A DNA stretch of 64,000 nt, from the NCBI GenBank assembly GCA_026770705.1, contig JANJGN010000035.1:8308001-8372000 (forward strand), given 5' to 3'. Source of the stretch: Isurus oxyrinchus. Its lineage: Eukaryota. A program made the position numbers and the translations under genes. The notes beneath the pieces were generated by a model. That model made no database searches. It worked only from the letters and a program-made list of their open reading frames with translations, and was not told the origin of the DNA. Each line of letters opens with the position of its first letter. Position 1 is the stretch's first letter. This document shows, in pieces, positions 12,478-25,879 of the stretch.

Positions 12478-13400
12478 GTCAATGCACTCTCTGTGTTGTA
12501 AGTACATTCACATTGCTGTGAGGGATGGAGTTACATGATTTCCACTCAGCGAAGAAACAACGATATATTTCCACGTCTGGATGGTGTATTAGTTGGAGGG
12601 GAACTTGGTGGTGTACCCATGTGTCCTCTGCCCATGTCTTGCTCGATATCAGTGGCCATGTATTCTTAAGACCAAGCTTAAGGAGCACTGTTGAGCTCAT
12701 GCAATGCATCTTGCAGATGGTGCACACTGCTGGCGCTGTCAGTTGGTGGTGGAGAAATTGAAAGCTTGTGAATAGCAATGAAGTGGGCAGGTTTGTTCTT
12801 GATGATGCCCAGCTTTTTTTTTTTTCGGAACGGCTTCTATCCATGCAAGTAGAGTGCATTCCTTCCCATTCCTGACTTCTATCTTGTTGATGATGCACAG
12901 ATTCTCTGGAGGTGAGTTACTCGCCCAATATTCTTAGCCTCTGCCTTATCGTTTGTAAATACAGAATTTACATGGATACTCCAGTTCATTTTCTCCATTT
13001 CCCACGGATGTTGATGGTGGGGGAATTCGTGGTGGAAGAGCTATTCAGTCTCAAGGAGCGCTAGTTAGCATCTACGTTTTTGGATGGAATCATTGCCTGT
13101 TATTTGTGTGGCACAAATTTTCCTTGGCACTTGTAAGCACAGCATTGACATTGTCTAGGATTGCTGCATATGGGCTATGACATCTTCAACACCTGAGGAG
13201 TCACGAGGAGTGCTGAACATTGTGTTATTATCAGTGAACATAACCAGTTACGTCCTAAGGATAGAAGGAAGGTCATAATGAAGAGCTGAAGATGCTGGGC
13301 CTGGGACACAACCCTGAGTAGCTCCTGCAGCGATATCCTGTGATTAAGTTAACTGATATCAGAACAAAACAACATTCTTCCTTTGTGCAAGGATGATGTT
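12478..13400 (-). mobile_element. LINE family A fragment (RT C-terminal half)
   Basis: ORF 12479-12898 contains LHHQLTAPAVCTICKMHC, homologous to 6280-6340. Further RT sequence continues to ~13400. Confidence 0.85.
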
Positions 13401-14049
13401 GTATAAAATGCTGGTGTGTTAAATCAAACTGATTTTCCTACTTAAATGCTAAACATCATTCCGCTGTGGGATTTAAGCTGATCGGGACCTAAATTGTATA
13501 ATTACCCCAATGGATCATTTGACAGAATGACCAATATAGGTACTGAACGGCCAACCAATCAGGGCAGCAAAAATTTCTGAAATGTTAGATGCATTATGGA
13601 AATGTAAGATTCACGGGATGGCAGGAAAATTAAGTTATAGCTATAAACAGATAGTCTTGATAGTACCTCTTGGCGAGCAAAAAGATGGATGCAAATGGTC
13701 ATTTTCTGTTGAAAGTTGTCATGATTTTACATTGTATCTTTCTAATAAGGCTCCAAGCTGGCGAATAAAATGTTGAAATCTCAACTGAGATAGATAAAGA
13801 TCAATGCCATATTTGGTGAATGACTGTAAATCTTAGCTTAAAATTGTATATGCTTTTTCCATGCTTAATCATTAGATTGAACTAATTTGATTGTTCAGCA
13901 TTTACCATCCTGTCTGAAATATTAAGCCTTTGTGCATAGCTAATCTGTACTTACTTTGATCTATAATTATATTATCACATGAAAAAGTTTCTCTCGTTGT
14001 ATAAGGTGTATCAAATACGCAATCGCACTTCATATACACTCCCAAATAT

Positions 14050-14283
14050 TCATTCACCACTCAGAGAGTGGTCACATTTTTCTTAGCATGAGAACAAAAA
14101 TAATTGGATTCAAGAGGTGATGTGAGAGTAACAGCTCTTGACAACACATCATTTGACGAAATGTGGCCTCACAGACCTCGGGCATTACTGCAGAAAATGC
14201 AAACGTGACAGGAAATGCACCACTTGTTGGAGTCATACAGTGCAGAAAATAGGAGTTGGTGGAGGTTAATCATCTACCGCAGG
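14050..14283 (+). mobile_element. LINE family A RT fragment
   Basis: AGAGGTGATGTGAGAGTAACAGCTCTTGAC..TTTGACGAAATGTGG..TTGGAGTCATAC is homologous to 5505-5690. Confidence 0.75.
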
Positions 14284-15314
14284 CGAAAATCAGGAAGGAA
14301 AAATGTACATCAGCGTCAATCTGATTACTCGATATTTTATTTTCATAACATAAATAATATTGTAAATGGCTATCCGGAAATGCGTGCTTAACCATGACAG
14401 ATCCAAATAAATTTCCAACCATTCGAAAATCAATTGGGACCGCGTTGTACTTAAAGACTTGCTAACAACATATTTGACTTCCAAAAATTATTTTCTAAAG
14501 AAGTGCACCAACATATCTTTGTATTTGTAAGGCAGAGCTTTGGTTGACATAGAAAATTTGTCTGCAATGCTGAAAATGTCCACTGTCTCATCGGTTAAAC
14601 CGCTTAAGAGTTCAGACTTGGAATTTAAATAAAAGCTTTGTCCCATTCCCAACAGAAGGATTGGGAAGGCTGTCATATGCCAATTCCCAAACTGATACAA
14701 CTTGGAACATTCCTGCGTGGAATTGAACACAGGTAGTTTATCAAAATTTCATGGTGGATTTAGTAACATACAGTTGTGTGTGTACATAAATTACCTGACC
14801 CTAATCAGTACTTTGAACTATTGGTACACTGGAGCTTGGGCAAATTAATGTCGAACCTACTTGTTTTCGACGTGTCTACTCCCATCGTGCAATTATGCGT
14901 TTCTGGAAATAAGAATCCCCTGCAATATTCCGCCAACTACGCTTTGAAGGAATATGCCAACGGTCTAGTAATTCAGGAACCACGTGACACTATAACTCAT
15001 TTTTGGAGCGTGGTCATGTCCTGTACCCCTTTATTTCTGTGATCTCTTTTTTATTGTTTGAGTCCAAAAGGGTCCGAAGTTGCATTAACCTTTTACTGAG
15101 TTTTGTGTATGCATCAAAATAAATTAACCATCTCATTTTACATGATGTCGAGTTTGCTGCACAATGCTAAATTGAGGACTGAATCACGCCAAGCTGGAAG
15201 TTTGTAAACAAATATACTAACACATATCAAGGGGAAGTCAGAAATCAAACAGCTTTCTATTTGCAGGCAGGTAAAGAGAGGGTAAATCAGACCTTTACAA
15301 ATTAATCGCCCTCT

Positions 15315-16770
15315 TGTCCATATTAAGTCTTCATCTCGGGACATCACTGTAGAAGTCTCTAACGTACTGCCCTCGTGTCAAACAGATTCAAAAACCTCAT
15401 AAATGATATTTCCTCCATTGCATGTCAGACGTTTGAATTTGCTGTGATGATTGCACAACCTTCAATACCATTCACAGCTCATCAGAAACTGAAGCAGTCA
15501 CGGCCAATATTTAGCAAAACCTGGGCAATATTAAGACATGCACCGATAATTGGTAAACAATATTCAAACTTTAGAAGTGTCAGGCAAAGCCTATCTCCAA
15601 CAAGATAAAATAAAAAAATTGTGGCTTTCAATGATATTAACGGCGCTAAATCTCGCACTATGAATATCGTCATGTACAGCATTGACTAGAAAGTGAATTG
15701 CATGAGCCATATAAAGAATGTGCTTACAAGAGGTAAGAGGCTGCGAATTATTCAAAGATGGACTCATACCCTGACTGCATAACTCCAGAAGCAGGGCGCA
15801 AGTCAGGAGTCTGGTGAAGTACTCTGCACTTGCTTGGATGAGTGTAGCTACAACAAGGCAAAAAGAGTTGCAGATCTTCTAGGACAAAATGAGTCACGTG
15901 TCTGTCAGTGCATCCATAATTTGAAATTTTTAATTCCTGCATCACTGACGCAGTGACAGAAATGTGTACCATCTAAAATATGCATAGAAACATGGACACA
16001 TAGAAACCATGAGTAGGATTAGATCATTTGGCTCTTCCAGACTGCTCCGCCATTCATTATGATCAAGACTGATCAAGCAACTTAATAGCCTAATCCGTCT
16101 TAATCCCATACTCCTTGATCCATTTCGCATAAAGTGCAATATCTAACTCCTTCTTGAAAACATATTGTATTTCGGTCCCAAGTACTTTCCATAGGCTCAT
16201 CACTCTCTAGCTGAATACATTTCTCCACATCTCAGTGTTAAAAGGCCTACGCCATATCCTCAGATTCTGACCCATGGTTCTGTTTCCCCCCACATACGGG
16301 AATATCCTTCCTGTATCAAAACTTCCTGGCACTCTTAGAATTTCATAGGTTTCTTTGAGATCCCCCCTCATTCTTCCGACCTCCAGCAATAATAATCCTC
16401 ATTGACTCAATCTCTCCTCATAAATCAGTCCCGTCATCCCAGGAATTAGAAGGGTAAATTTTCATGCAAACCCCCTGCAGGAACAACATCCTTCCTAAGC
16501 AACGCCCCAGGCCTCCTTCGATAGCACGTTTCAAAGCACGATCTCTCATACAAAGAAGGACAAGGGAAGTAGATGCATGGGGACACTGCCACCTTCATAT
16601 CACAACACGGCAGTCTGACATGTAACTAAATTACCATTCCTTCATTTTCGATTGGCCAAAGTCCTGGATCTCACTTTCTAGCAGTCGACTCACAGCGCCT
16701 TCTCATGTACAATTACTGATGGGCAATAAATGCTGCTGTTCCACATATCATGTGAGCGATTAATAATAGA
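15315..16770 (+). mobile_element. LINE family A RT-to-3' tail, interrupted by a nested CR1
   Basis: GGACATCACTG.., ATAAATGATATTTCCTCC, GATGATTGCACA and CTCCAACAAG are homologous to 5690-6240. The element resumes at ~16500 and ends with the GGGCAATAAATGCTG tail at ~16721-16765. Confidence 0.8.
15980..16500 (-). mobile_element. CR1 (family B) 3' end nested in the family A LINE
   Basis: ORF 16207-16389 RMRGDLKETYEILR..GRIFP..RTMGQNLRI..FNTEMWRNVFS is the CR1 ORF2 C-terminus; CATAGAAA tail repeats at ~15983-16006. Confidence 0.85.
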
Positions 16771-19399
16771 AAATAATCAATGTTACAAACGTCGATAATA
16801 CAGTACCAAGCAATAATTTGACAAAATGTTCCTCTAGGTCCACACTAATTCTGTATATTTTCATAAATTTCGTAAAGCTAACGTCTTCTCTTTCCCAGTA
16901 GCAGAACCTCAGAACCATGGTCACCAATGTCAATTCACATCAATGCTTTTTATATGTATTTTATGATTAATTTTTAGTAAAGAGGCATACCATTATGGTT
17001 ATATACCCAGCTCATCCATGGCAGTGAAACATCTCCAAGAATTCCATTTGAAAGTCTAAACTCTGATATTCATCTGAAATATACTTATTATTTAAAAAAA
17101 AAACACTAGTTGCATTGATTTAGAAATATTTCACAGTTTTTTTTTTAAATTTTCCTTATCCCTAATTTAACCCGAAAAATAAATTGAAACCACAGCTGAA
17201 CTCAACAAAAAAAAAAATGACATTCTGCTTGGTAAAACCTCGATATGAGCATGATGATTTTGGAAGTCTTTGAAACCTGCATCATTTTTGCCATGCATTG
17301 ACATTAATGGTTTTGAATATTTCCGCTTGCATCCGATGGGTGTCCTCGTGCCATTTGCTTGAAGTTACCGCTGGAGACGTTTTTTTCAAACGATAGTCTT
17401 AAACACTGTTATAATTCCCCAACATCTTCGGGTTATCTCCAATTTGGGCACAACATTGTTAAAATATATTTGTCGTGTTTAGGCCAAATGGGAATAAACT
17501 GGCTGATATGGGTGTGAAAATCTTGTTGACAGCTTTGAAGAAAGATTATTGTAATTTCCAAACTCTGGAGTAAGTACAAGTAACTGTAGCATTTGCAAAG
17601 GAATGGTGATAAAAAAATTACAAACAATGGAAAAGAAAGACCCCTGCTAGCTTCAGGCTGTGGCTGAGGATCCAAACATATAGGAACACCATTAGTAATC
17701 AAAAGAAGTATCCACTAGGCAATCCCTTAGCTATTTGTGTGTAATAATCCGGAATTTACTACCGCATGAAAATTCAAGGCGTTTGGCAATTTGACATTTA
17801 ATTATGTAATTAGATTAATAGAAAATGTTTTAAGTTCTTCATTAATTGAGTGAATGATTTTGTAATAAACAGAATGAGAGGGGTTCCTGGAACATGAACA
17901 AGAACAGTGGCATATACCACGTTACACGACATTTTATATAATACTATGTATATTGCCTATTGCCAAATTCGTTAATTACCAGGCAACCCGTTTTAGATCA
18001 AGAATTTCCCTCTGCTAATTTCCAACACATTAAAAAAGCGGTTAATTTGTTTATGTTTGAGTCCCTCATTTCGTTTTACCACAGGTTAACAGCCAACAAT
18101 CTCACAAAATTACTCACCTCGGCAATTAGCAGAAATCAGTAACTGGTTAATCTGGATCAGAGTAAAAATTATCAGGATTCTAATCACGCCAATACACTAT
18201 CAGATGGATAGTCCCACGCATTGCGACAACGCATTCAGCTGATCAAAAGCCTGAGAAAAATCAGGTTAGACGGGAAAAAAAGAGCTGTTTTGCATATTAA
18301 TTCCATTGTTACAATTGTTCATTTTTTTGGAAGCTGCCTTTGCTGAGGCATAGACGCTGGCGCTCTGGCCTGTAATGGGAATGCCACGGGTTTAAGGCTG
18401 AAAGTGAAAAATTGATGAATGTTTAATACAATACTGGCGGGTTGCTGTAATATTAGAGACGCTGCTAAACCGTGGCTGCATTTGTTCCACTAAATTGATG
18501 GCGAAGTAGAGGCGGCGGCCTATTTTGGTGTTCCAGGAAATACAAGTCGGTAATTTGACAACCCAAAAACCGATTGTGATGGAGGTTCCGCTCCAAATCA
18601 CAACCATTCCGACTTGGATGTACATCGCTCTCCCCTCAATGTAGCTTAGTTAAAATGCTAGAATACCATTCGAACTTCCCCTGCTGCGTTCTCTATACTA
18701 CAATCATTATTATACTGCAAAAACAGCTTGTTGGCACGCTGCATATTCAGCTCTCTTTAAATACTGGCAACAGAGCATAGACCGCAGCGTACAAAGGGTG
18801 ACCAATGCATTACAATGTGTTTCCTGCCCCTGCCTATCATGGAGCTAGCTTCATTATTTACTTTTTATCAAATTAATTAACATTTTGTTAAAGGATAGCT
18901 TGACAAATTTCCACCGATGCCAGGTTGAGTGATTCCTGTTCTTGGAATGTGGGATTTGATGTTCCAGTGTATCAGTGCAAGGGTGCAATTGTCATACCTA
19001 ATATTCAGAATGGTGGTCATTTGGTAGAACAGGACTCAATAACGTTTTGAGCTCAATCGTTAGAAGCTCAACTTTGAAGTGATTGGATTAACATGTGCTG
19101 GTTTGAAAAACAAAATTTATTTTAAAGTGGTTTGGGTTTGGAACAAAAATCATAGTAGCATTGCAGATACATATTTTATGGCAGATTTCAAAATTAATAT
19201 AAGACAAAACCATGAAGTAAACGGCAATCAAACAATAAAGATATGCTGAAGCAGAGGTGATGAGTGATAACCAAAGGCTGCATTGGAAAAGTGGGCACAA
19301 ATTTGGTAATCCTAGTTGTCCATTTTGTTGCTGTTCTACTCTAAGATACTAATATCTAATTGCATAAACTAATTACTGCACAACTTAATTGGGCAGAAA

Positions 19400-21140
19400 T
19401 GTGTAGGTAACAATAATATTGGAACTATTGGAGTATGAGAGAAAAGTTGAATGGAATATTCAATAGAGCAAACAACAGACAATCCTGCAACTAATGACAG
19501 ACAAATGAATAGCTAGAGTCTGCGTTGTTCGCTAGATGAACGAAATGTGGAATTAATAAAAGTAATAAAAGTAAATAAAAGGGAATTGACAGAGACTGAG
19601 AAGAAGAGGTCTGCTGCCATCCAAACAGTACAATGCACAAAACATGTTAAGAATAATATAAAATGAAGAATCAAAACCAGGGCGGTAATGAAAAAGGTCA
19701 CGGCTGTTCGAGAGGGAGAACAATAACGATACTACGTAAACTACTGGGATTGAAGAGTGATAAGGGCCCTCCGCTTGAGGGCCTGCACCGTAAGACCATA
19801 GACGTTGTAGCCAGAGAGTTACTTAATGCATTGATTGCAATGTTCCATAAAATCATAGATCTGCACTATTCACAGCAGTTTTGAAAGCCGAAAATGCTGA
19901 ACCAATGTTCAACAAAGCGCTAATGATGGGGGTAGAGAACAGAGAAATAGCTGAGAATTAGACGAACAACTATATTTGCGTAAATATTGAATTTTGTTAT
20001 GAATGACACATTAGCACAGCACTTCAAAGCTTATCTTTCAGCCTGGCATGTCAGCATGCTAATATGAAAGGGAAACGCTTATAAATAATTTGGTACAGGA
20101 CTTTGAGGATTTTACAATCAGGGTGGATAAAGGGAGCCAATAAATATAGTGAACATGAGTTTCCAAAAAAATGTGTTCAAAAATGTGGTACCTAAAAAAG
20201 ATTACAGCAGAATATCAAATTTCATGGCTTTGGGGAGACGTATTCGCTACGTCACAATTATTAAAACGTTAATATATCTCCCCAACGGACATGTAGGATC
20301 TATGGATCCTTGTCAGTACGTGAAATGCAACTAAAGAAACACTGTCAGGATCAATGCTGAAGCGTCAATTCTTTATAATCCACGCGACTGATTTAGATGT
20401 AGAGGCTGTCTGCTTTGTATTCTACAGTATTCATGATAAAAATAAGTTTGAATAATTTTTTGGTGCAACAATGAATCTCCGAAAGAACCGGAACAAAAAA
20501 GTGGCTGTGACACTTCATGGAGGAGTAAATGTGAGGTTGAGTAATATTGGAAAAAATAAATATAAATCAAAATATTGTTTCAATTTGGAGACAGACAAGA
20601 CGAAAATATGTTATGGAGTGTCATGTGCCTTTCTGCATAAATAACAAATAGAGCTAGCATTCAGATAAAGCAAATAATTAAGAAGGCAGATCGAATGGTA
20701 TACTTAACTGTAACGAACAACTAGTAGGGAAATCTTGTTAAACGTAGAATGGAGATTAGAAATTGAAATCTGACGTTTAGAAACGTCAGAGTTTCTTAGG
20801 AGGCTTAATGGGAGACACGATGAGAGACTGTTTCTCCTTCTGGTGGAATAAACAAAATTAAGTGTCAAAGTTCAAAAACAATCGATGTATTTTTAAAATA
20901 GTGATAGTCAGGTCCTTCTGCTCCATTAGAATGTCCTTAGACATTGCATTCTCCAACACAAAGTGCACTTGAACCTTTGATACTGGCTATACTATAGGAT
21001 TAGCTAAACAGAGTTTTGATCGTTTACAAAGATAGGCATGGGTGAGGAGATCAGGGAAAAAGTGAAATTAAGGCCACAGTTAGATCTGCTATGACGTTAT
21101 TCAGTGCAGATAGGTGTCTTTTTTCTCGCCTCTTTCGTAT
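19400..21140 (+). mobile_element. Decayed CR1 LINE (family B) ORF2 and 3' end
   Basis: ORF 19663 LLGLKSDKGPPLEGLH..VARELLNALIAMF corresponds to the LK.DKSPGPDGLHPR.LKE motif; RT remnants follow to the 3' UTR. Confidence 0.8.
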
Positions 21141-22589
21141 GATCTTATGACTTTGACAGTGGGTTATTTCCGGTGGCTCCCAATGTCTAATAAGTTTACA
21201 TTTAGCCATAGGAACAAATCACATCTGGGATGCCAATTTTCAGTCCAGCTAAATCTGAAGAAAGAGAACCTCTGTTTAGGTGCTCACGGAATGGAAGAAC
21301 ATTTTGTCAGTTTAATTATTAATGATGGCCACTCCAATTTATTATTAAATTACAAATTCTATGTTACTTAATTTCGAATTATTTTAACAATGTTAACATG
21401 TATTTTTTTTTTTTATGACAAATGTTGTTCAAGGATGAGCTTCAACCAGTTCAGCGAATGAGCAGAGGAAGGTTTTAGGATGGAACAGCAGTCACGACCC
21501 GAGCCCACCATTCTTCTCTAGTGTCTTACAGATAGAACGATCCAATGATTACATAAGCATTTTTCGTACCTGCAAAGTAGGGAATTTCATGCTTTATTCT
21601 GGGTATAGATTTTGGTGAGCTCTTAAAAATTAACATGAAGCCCTGAAACTTCTCACTAGTTAAACAAATAATCTAGGAAATTTTATTTTTACCATGGGAT
21701 ATAGATTTTGTGAGCAATTGTAAAATAACCTGATGTCGGAAAACTGTTCTGTTTAATTTAATTGCTAAGTGGCTTCCAACGTCTGGAATATTTGTTTGCA
21801 GAATTATGGTCAACAATTCTACAATGATGTTCGCTCAAGTTAGCACAAAATATTCAAAACCCTCTATTTTAACGATATTTTTTGCATTTATTATGTTTTT
21901 ATTCTCTTTTTAGCCTAAATTCAACATAAATCATGTCCTTTTATAATTCCCTGTGCTCATTCAAAACACAGCATGTGACAGAAACTCTGTCCCAGGATGT
22001 TATTTTACAATGTTGCTAGATTACATATGAGAGCACTCAAAATAGATGATTTACAGAACCCCTATGTATATTTTGGGTACACTTGAAGCACATTAATAAC
22101 ATTGTATATTGTTGCTCAAAAGGAAAAATAAACAATTTGGGTTTGGGAAAACAACAATGATTTAAAAAATATATATTTTCTATATTTTCATCGGGTGGGG
22201 GGGTGGGGGGGGGACAGTAACGTCATTTCAGCATGAGCAGGGAACAGACTGTACTCCGAATAAAAACCTTAGTTTATTTTTCAGTTGCACATATTGTTTA
22301 ATTGTTGTCGATGGGAAAGTGCATCATTTTCGATATGGTAAATTTTGCGTTGCAATGTTTTCCTTTTATGATAATAGTCCAATTGCAAAGAAAGTACAGA
22401 AACGCTCAGCTAGATCTTCCAATGGCAATACGGGTTAATGTTGAAGACTGCATAAACATTGGGCTTTCGGACACATTTTAACCTCTGAAATTAAAATTGG
22501 TTGCGTAATTTCTTTTGAAGATTAAACATGTGACATTCCAACTGGGGCACTAAAATAATCTCTCTGAACTTGTCCTTTGTTGCACCTCG

Positions 22590-23230
22590 GTGGCCAACAG
22601 CATCAAACCATTACTTCAACCAATCCTACCTGCAAACGCCCAACCACTCGACCCGACTAAGCAACCACGCGCATTGACCTCTCTGACCATCCTTCACGAA
22701 CCTAACTGCCAACAACCACACTACACACACAGCCACACACCTACCCACCAGGCACACACACATATACTTACAAAGCACTCGCATATCAATTTACTCATAA
22801 AAGCCTTTAGTCATGAGTCCCACAGAGAGTTACTCACCTACGTGCCTGTCCACACTCTTACCTATCCACCAACCAACTTAGAGACTCGCAATCCATTCAC
22901 TCGTTCACTTGTACCCGCACTCTCCAACTCGCTGAGTTACTCACTAATTCACAAAATCACAAGTTTAAAGTCACAGTCACTCAACTATGCAATCACTCAA
23001 GCCTTCAGTCACCTGCGCAATTTCAAAAACATGTATCAACCAAGGCACCAACCAGTCAGGCACCCACACACCCATCCAGCCCTTCGCCCAAGAATGCTTT
23101 TAATACCTCACCCACTAGCCATTCAGAAAAAACACTCATTCACACACTGACCCAAGCACGCAATCATTCACTTAGCCACTGATAAAAATCCTCTCCGGCC
23201 ACCTCACTCAGTCATCACAAACCCAAATAA
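22590..23230. repeat. Degenerate CACT/CACC-rich low-complexity tract
   Basis: Strongly C/A-skewed with recurring ACTCA, CACCC and CATTCA words; this explains the H/T/P/S-rich 186-aa ORF. Confidence 0.7.
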
Positions 23231-24029
23231 AATGTTGGTTTCACCCAGCCGAATATGTCGTATAAGGTATGTGTGGTCCTCTGAGATTTTCTTCCAAATC
23301 GACATTCCTCCTTTTGCATGTTAGCACTGATATATCGCTGTTGCAGGCATACTAGAAGTACTGGTGGAAAATATTCAAAAATATCAAGGAGTAGTAATCT
23401 GCGCTGTCAGTGGCGATCTGGAAAAAAAACCAAAATACTGATTGTGAGAAGATTGGCCGATATATTATTACATCATCTGCTGTTTCCTGTTATTTTCAAA
23501 CGGATTTTTATCATTATTTGAACAGCGAACAAAAGAAAGGCAGATGATTTGCGGGAAGTTGGGCATATGTAGTAGCTAATTTTTCTCACATAGTCATGGG
23601 ACAGACACGACGGAATTAATGGTTTCTATGTGTGACTAATCATGATACTGTGACAACATGATGTACTGCACTTTTCTTTTCCAATTTGCCGCATGTCTTA
23701 CCAGCTCTTCATGGCTCACCACTCAACAAGAGTGGAGTTTTTGATCTTTCAAGTGACAAGCCAAAAGTAATAAGACCTGTGCTACTGTTTAATTGTTATG
23801 AGTTGCATTCTTCCCAAATAAACATGGTTGTATGATACTTTGAAACATAGATCCTAGAACAATTAATCATCACACTAATTATTTCTCCTTTAGCGTTGTA
23901 CGAAGTATTAAGACTTAGTGCAGCGTTATAGAAGCAAACTTTACAATCACAACGTGAAATGAAGTAATTTGGATAAATATATAAAACGCCTGATAGATCA
24001 CCCTTGTCGTGTTAAACACATAAACATAA

Positions 24030-24058
24030 CGCACACACACATACACACACACACATAC
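24030..24058. repeat. Imperfect (CA)n microsatellite
   Basis: Direct read of the sequence. Confidence 0.85.
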
Positions 24059-24079
24059 TAACAGAAACAATCCATGTGA

Positions 24080-25211
24080 CAACAAGAAATAGAAGAAGGC
24101 ACTGGCTACGACATGGACAATATCCCGGCATAGTGCTGAATACTTGCTCTGCAGAACGTGCCACGCTGCGAGCCAAGCTTTTTTTTTTCAGTGCAGAGAC
24201 AGCACTGCCATCTACAACATTGTGTGGAAACTTTTCAGGTCTGTTCTGTACAGGAGATGGAGGACACCTCGAAATCAGCCCAATAACAAAAGTCTAATCT
24301 CCATCATCACTAAAGTTCTAGACAAAGTTATCATTGCCTCTTTCAACAACGACCTTCCTTCCATGATGAAGTGAAGTTGTTCGCTGAAACTTGCACAATT
24401 TTGAGCAGCATTCACCACTCCTCAGATATTGAAAGACGGGATGTCCAAATGAATCAAGATCTGGACAAAATCCATACTGGAATGGACAAATTGCAAGTAA
24501 CTTCCGCGCTGCACAACTGTCAGGAAAGGATGATCTCCAATAAGAGAGCAACCAAATATCGCCCCTTAATGTTCAATGGCATTACCATCACGGAAAATCA
24601 CGTAATCAAGCTCCTAGGGGTTACCATTAACCAAAAACTTATTTGGACAAGCCACAAAAATATTTTGGCTAATGCAGCAGGTCAGAGACGAATAGCACAA
24701 CTCATGACTCCCAAAAGCCTGTCCATCATCTACAAGGTACATGCAGGAGCGTGATGGAATTCTCCCCAATAGCCTGGCCGAGTGCAGCTCCCAAAACACT
24801 CAATAAGTTTGACACTGTCTGGGACAATGCAGCCTGCTTGATTGCCAGCACAGCCACAAGCATTCAATCCCTCCACCAACGAAGCACATTTGGAAGAATG
24901 TGGACCATATACAAGATGCAGGAAAAAATCAAGTGTTCTTCGCCAACACCTTTAATCCCATGCTCACTATCATTTGGAAGGACAAGAGCAACAATTATAT
25001 GGGAACACCAGCACCTTGAACTCACACAGCATTCCAACTTGGAAATATACCTTCGTTCATTCACATTTGTTGGGTCAAAATCCTTTAAATGCCTACGTAA
25101 TAGCACTCCGGGTGTACCAGCACCAATTGGATCACAGCTGTTCAAGGATACCACTCAGCCAGACTTTCTCAAAGCCAACTAGGTGTAGCCCAGCCAGTGA
25201 AGCTCGCATCC
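24080..25211 (+). mobile_element. LINE family A fragment (RT C-terminal half and 3' tail)
   Basis: ORFs 24371 and 24751 (FNGITITE..LLGVTINQKLIWTSH; MEFSPIAW..SLHQR..TIYKM) are homologous to 5750-6660; the tail runs into the gap. Confidence 0.85.
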
Positions 25212-25385
25212 NNNNNNNNNNNNNNNNNNNNNNNNNNNNNNNNNNNNNNNNNNNNNNNNNNNNNNNNNNNNNNNNNNNNNNNNNNNNNNNNNNNNNNNNN
25301 NNNNNNNNNNNNNNNNNNNNNNNNNNNNNNNNNNNNNNNNNNNNNNNNNNNNNNNNNNNNNNNNNNNNNNNNNNNNNNNNNNNNN
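25212..25385. other. Assembly gap (174 N)
   Basis: Run of N. Confidence 1.
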
Positions 25386-25879
25386 TTTTCCTTAAATACC
25401 CATGTTCCACATTCTGGTATGTGCCAAACATTCTGGCAGAAGTAACACTTTGCCTTTCGTATGAACAGTCAAGTGGGATTCACGAAATGAACACAATAAT
25501 CTTTGATGTGACACCTTTCAAATGATTCCGAAAATACATCCACCCTTAAAGTATTATCATTTATTTAAACTTCCAGTTGCTCAAGGGACCTCACGACCTG
25601 ACAAATTTATTATTTTACTCGTTGTCCACCCTCCCTTTTTTTTCCTCTCATTATATTCCTACGATATAGTCCATGTGTTTTCTGGGGAAATAACAACCTT
25701 TGTTATAGGCCGTTTTGTTTAACACTTGAGGTGTCTAAGCTTTCAGTACTGATAATTGGAGTCAAAAAATAACGGTCTCGTGGGAACATCTTTGCAAATT
25801 AAGAGAAGCCAGAATGGAATTTGTTCATGCAATGGGTTGTTTAGCTTGCATTAGCCCTTCGATGAATTAAAATGGCGGA

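Larger units (their letters stand above)
13400..18250 (-). pseudogene. Putative multi-exon pseudogene of a secreted or surface mesothelin/otoancorin-like repeat protein
   Basis: Exon 18250-18118 (polypyrimidine CAG acceptor, GAG|GTGAGT donor) ends in signal-peptide-like VIRILIIFTLIQINQLLISANCR in phase 1. Phase-compatible acceptors lie at 17583 and 15256. 14745-14290 reads ~150 codons with one internal stop. Recurrent decayed motifs: SFFKAVNKIF, IFEWLEIYL..SWLSTHF, WMSWVYNHNG, LQSFTKY..RQEV. The family assignment is from memory of large uncharacterised fish proteins. Confidence 0.45.

Noticed and set aside
14290-17583. Endogenous viral envelope glycoprotein (KRRR at ~16892-16881, NxT/S sites, cysteines)
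   Set aside because: KRRR is followed by a stop in an uncertain frame, part of the apparent continuity (15315-15700) is antisense LINE, and splice signals plus repeated W/F motifs fit a spliced host gene better.
21530-21572. Small AG/GT-bounded minus-strand block
   Set aside because: Too short, with no recognisable coding content; chance splice-like sites are common.
22590-23150. 186-aa H/T/P/S-rich ORF
   Set aside because: Product of a CAC-rich low-complexity tract with a GTG start and no domain motif.
24974-25525. ORFs spanning 25.0-25.5 kb
   Set aside because: Artefacts of translating through the N gap.
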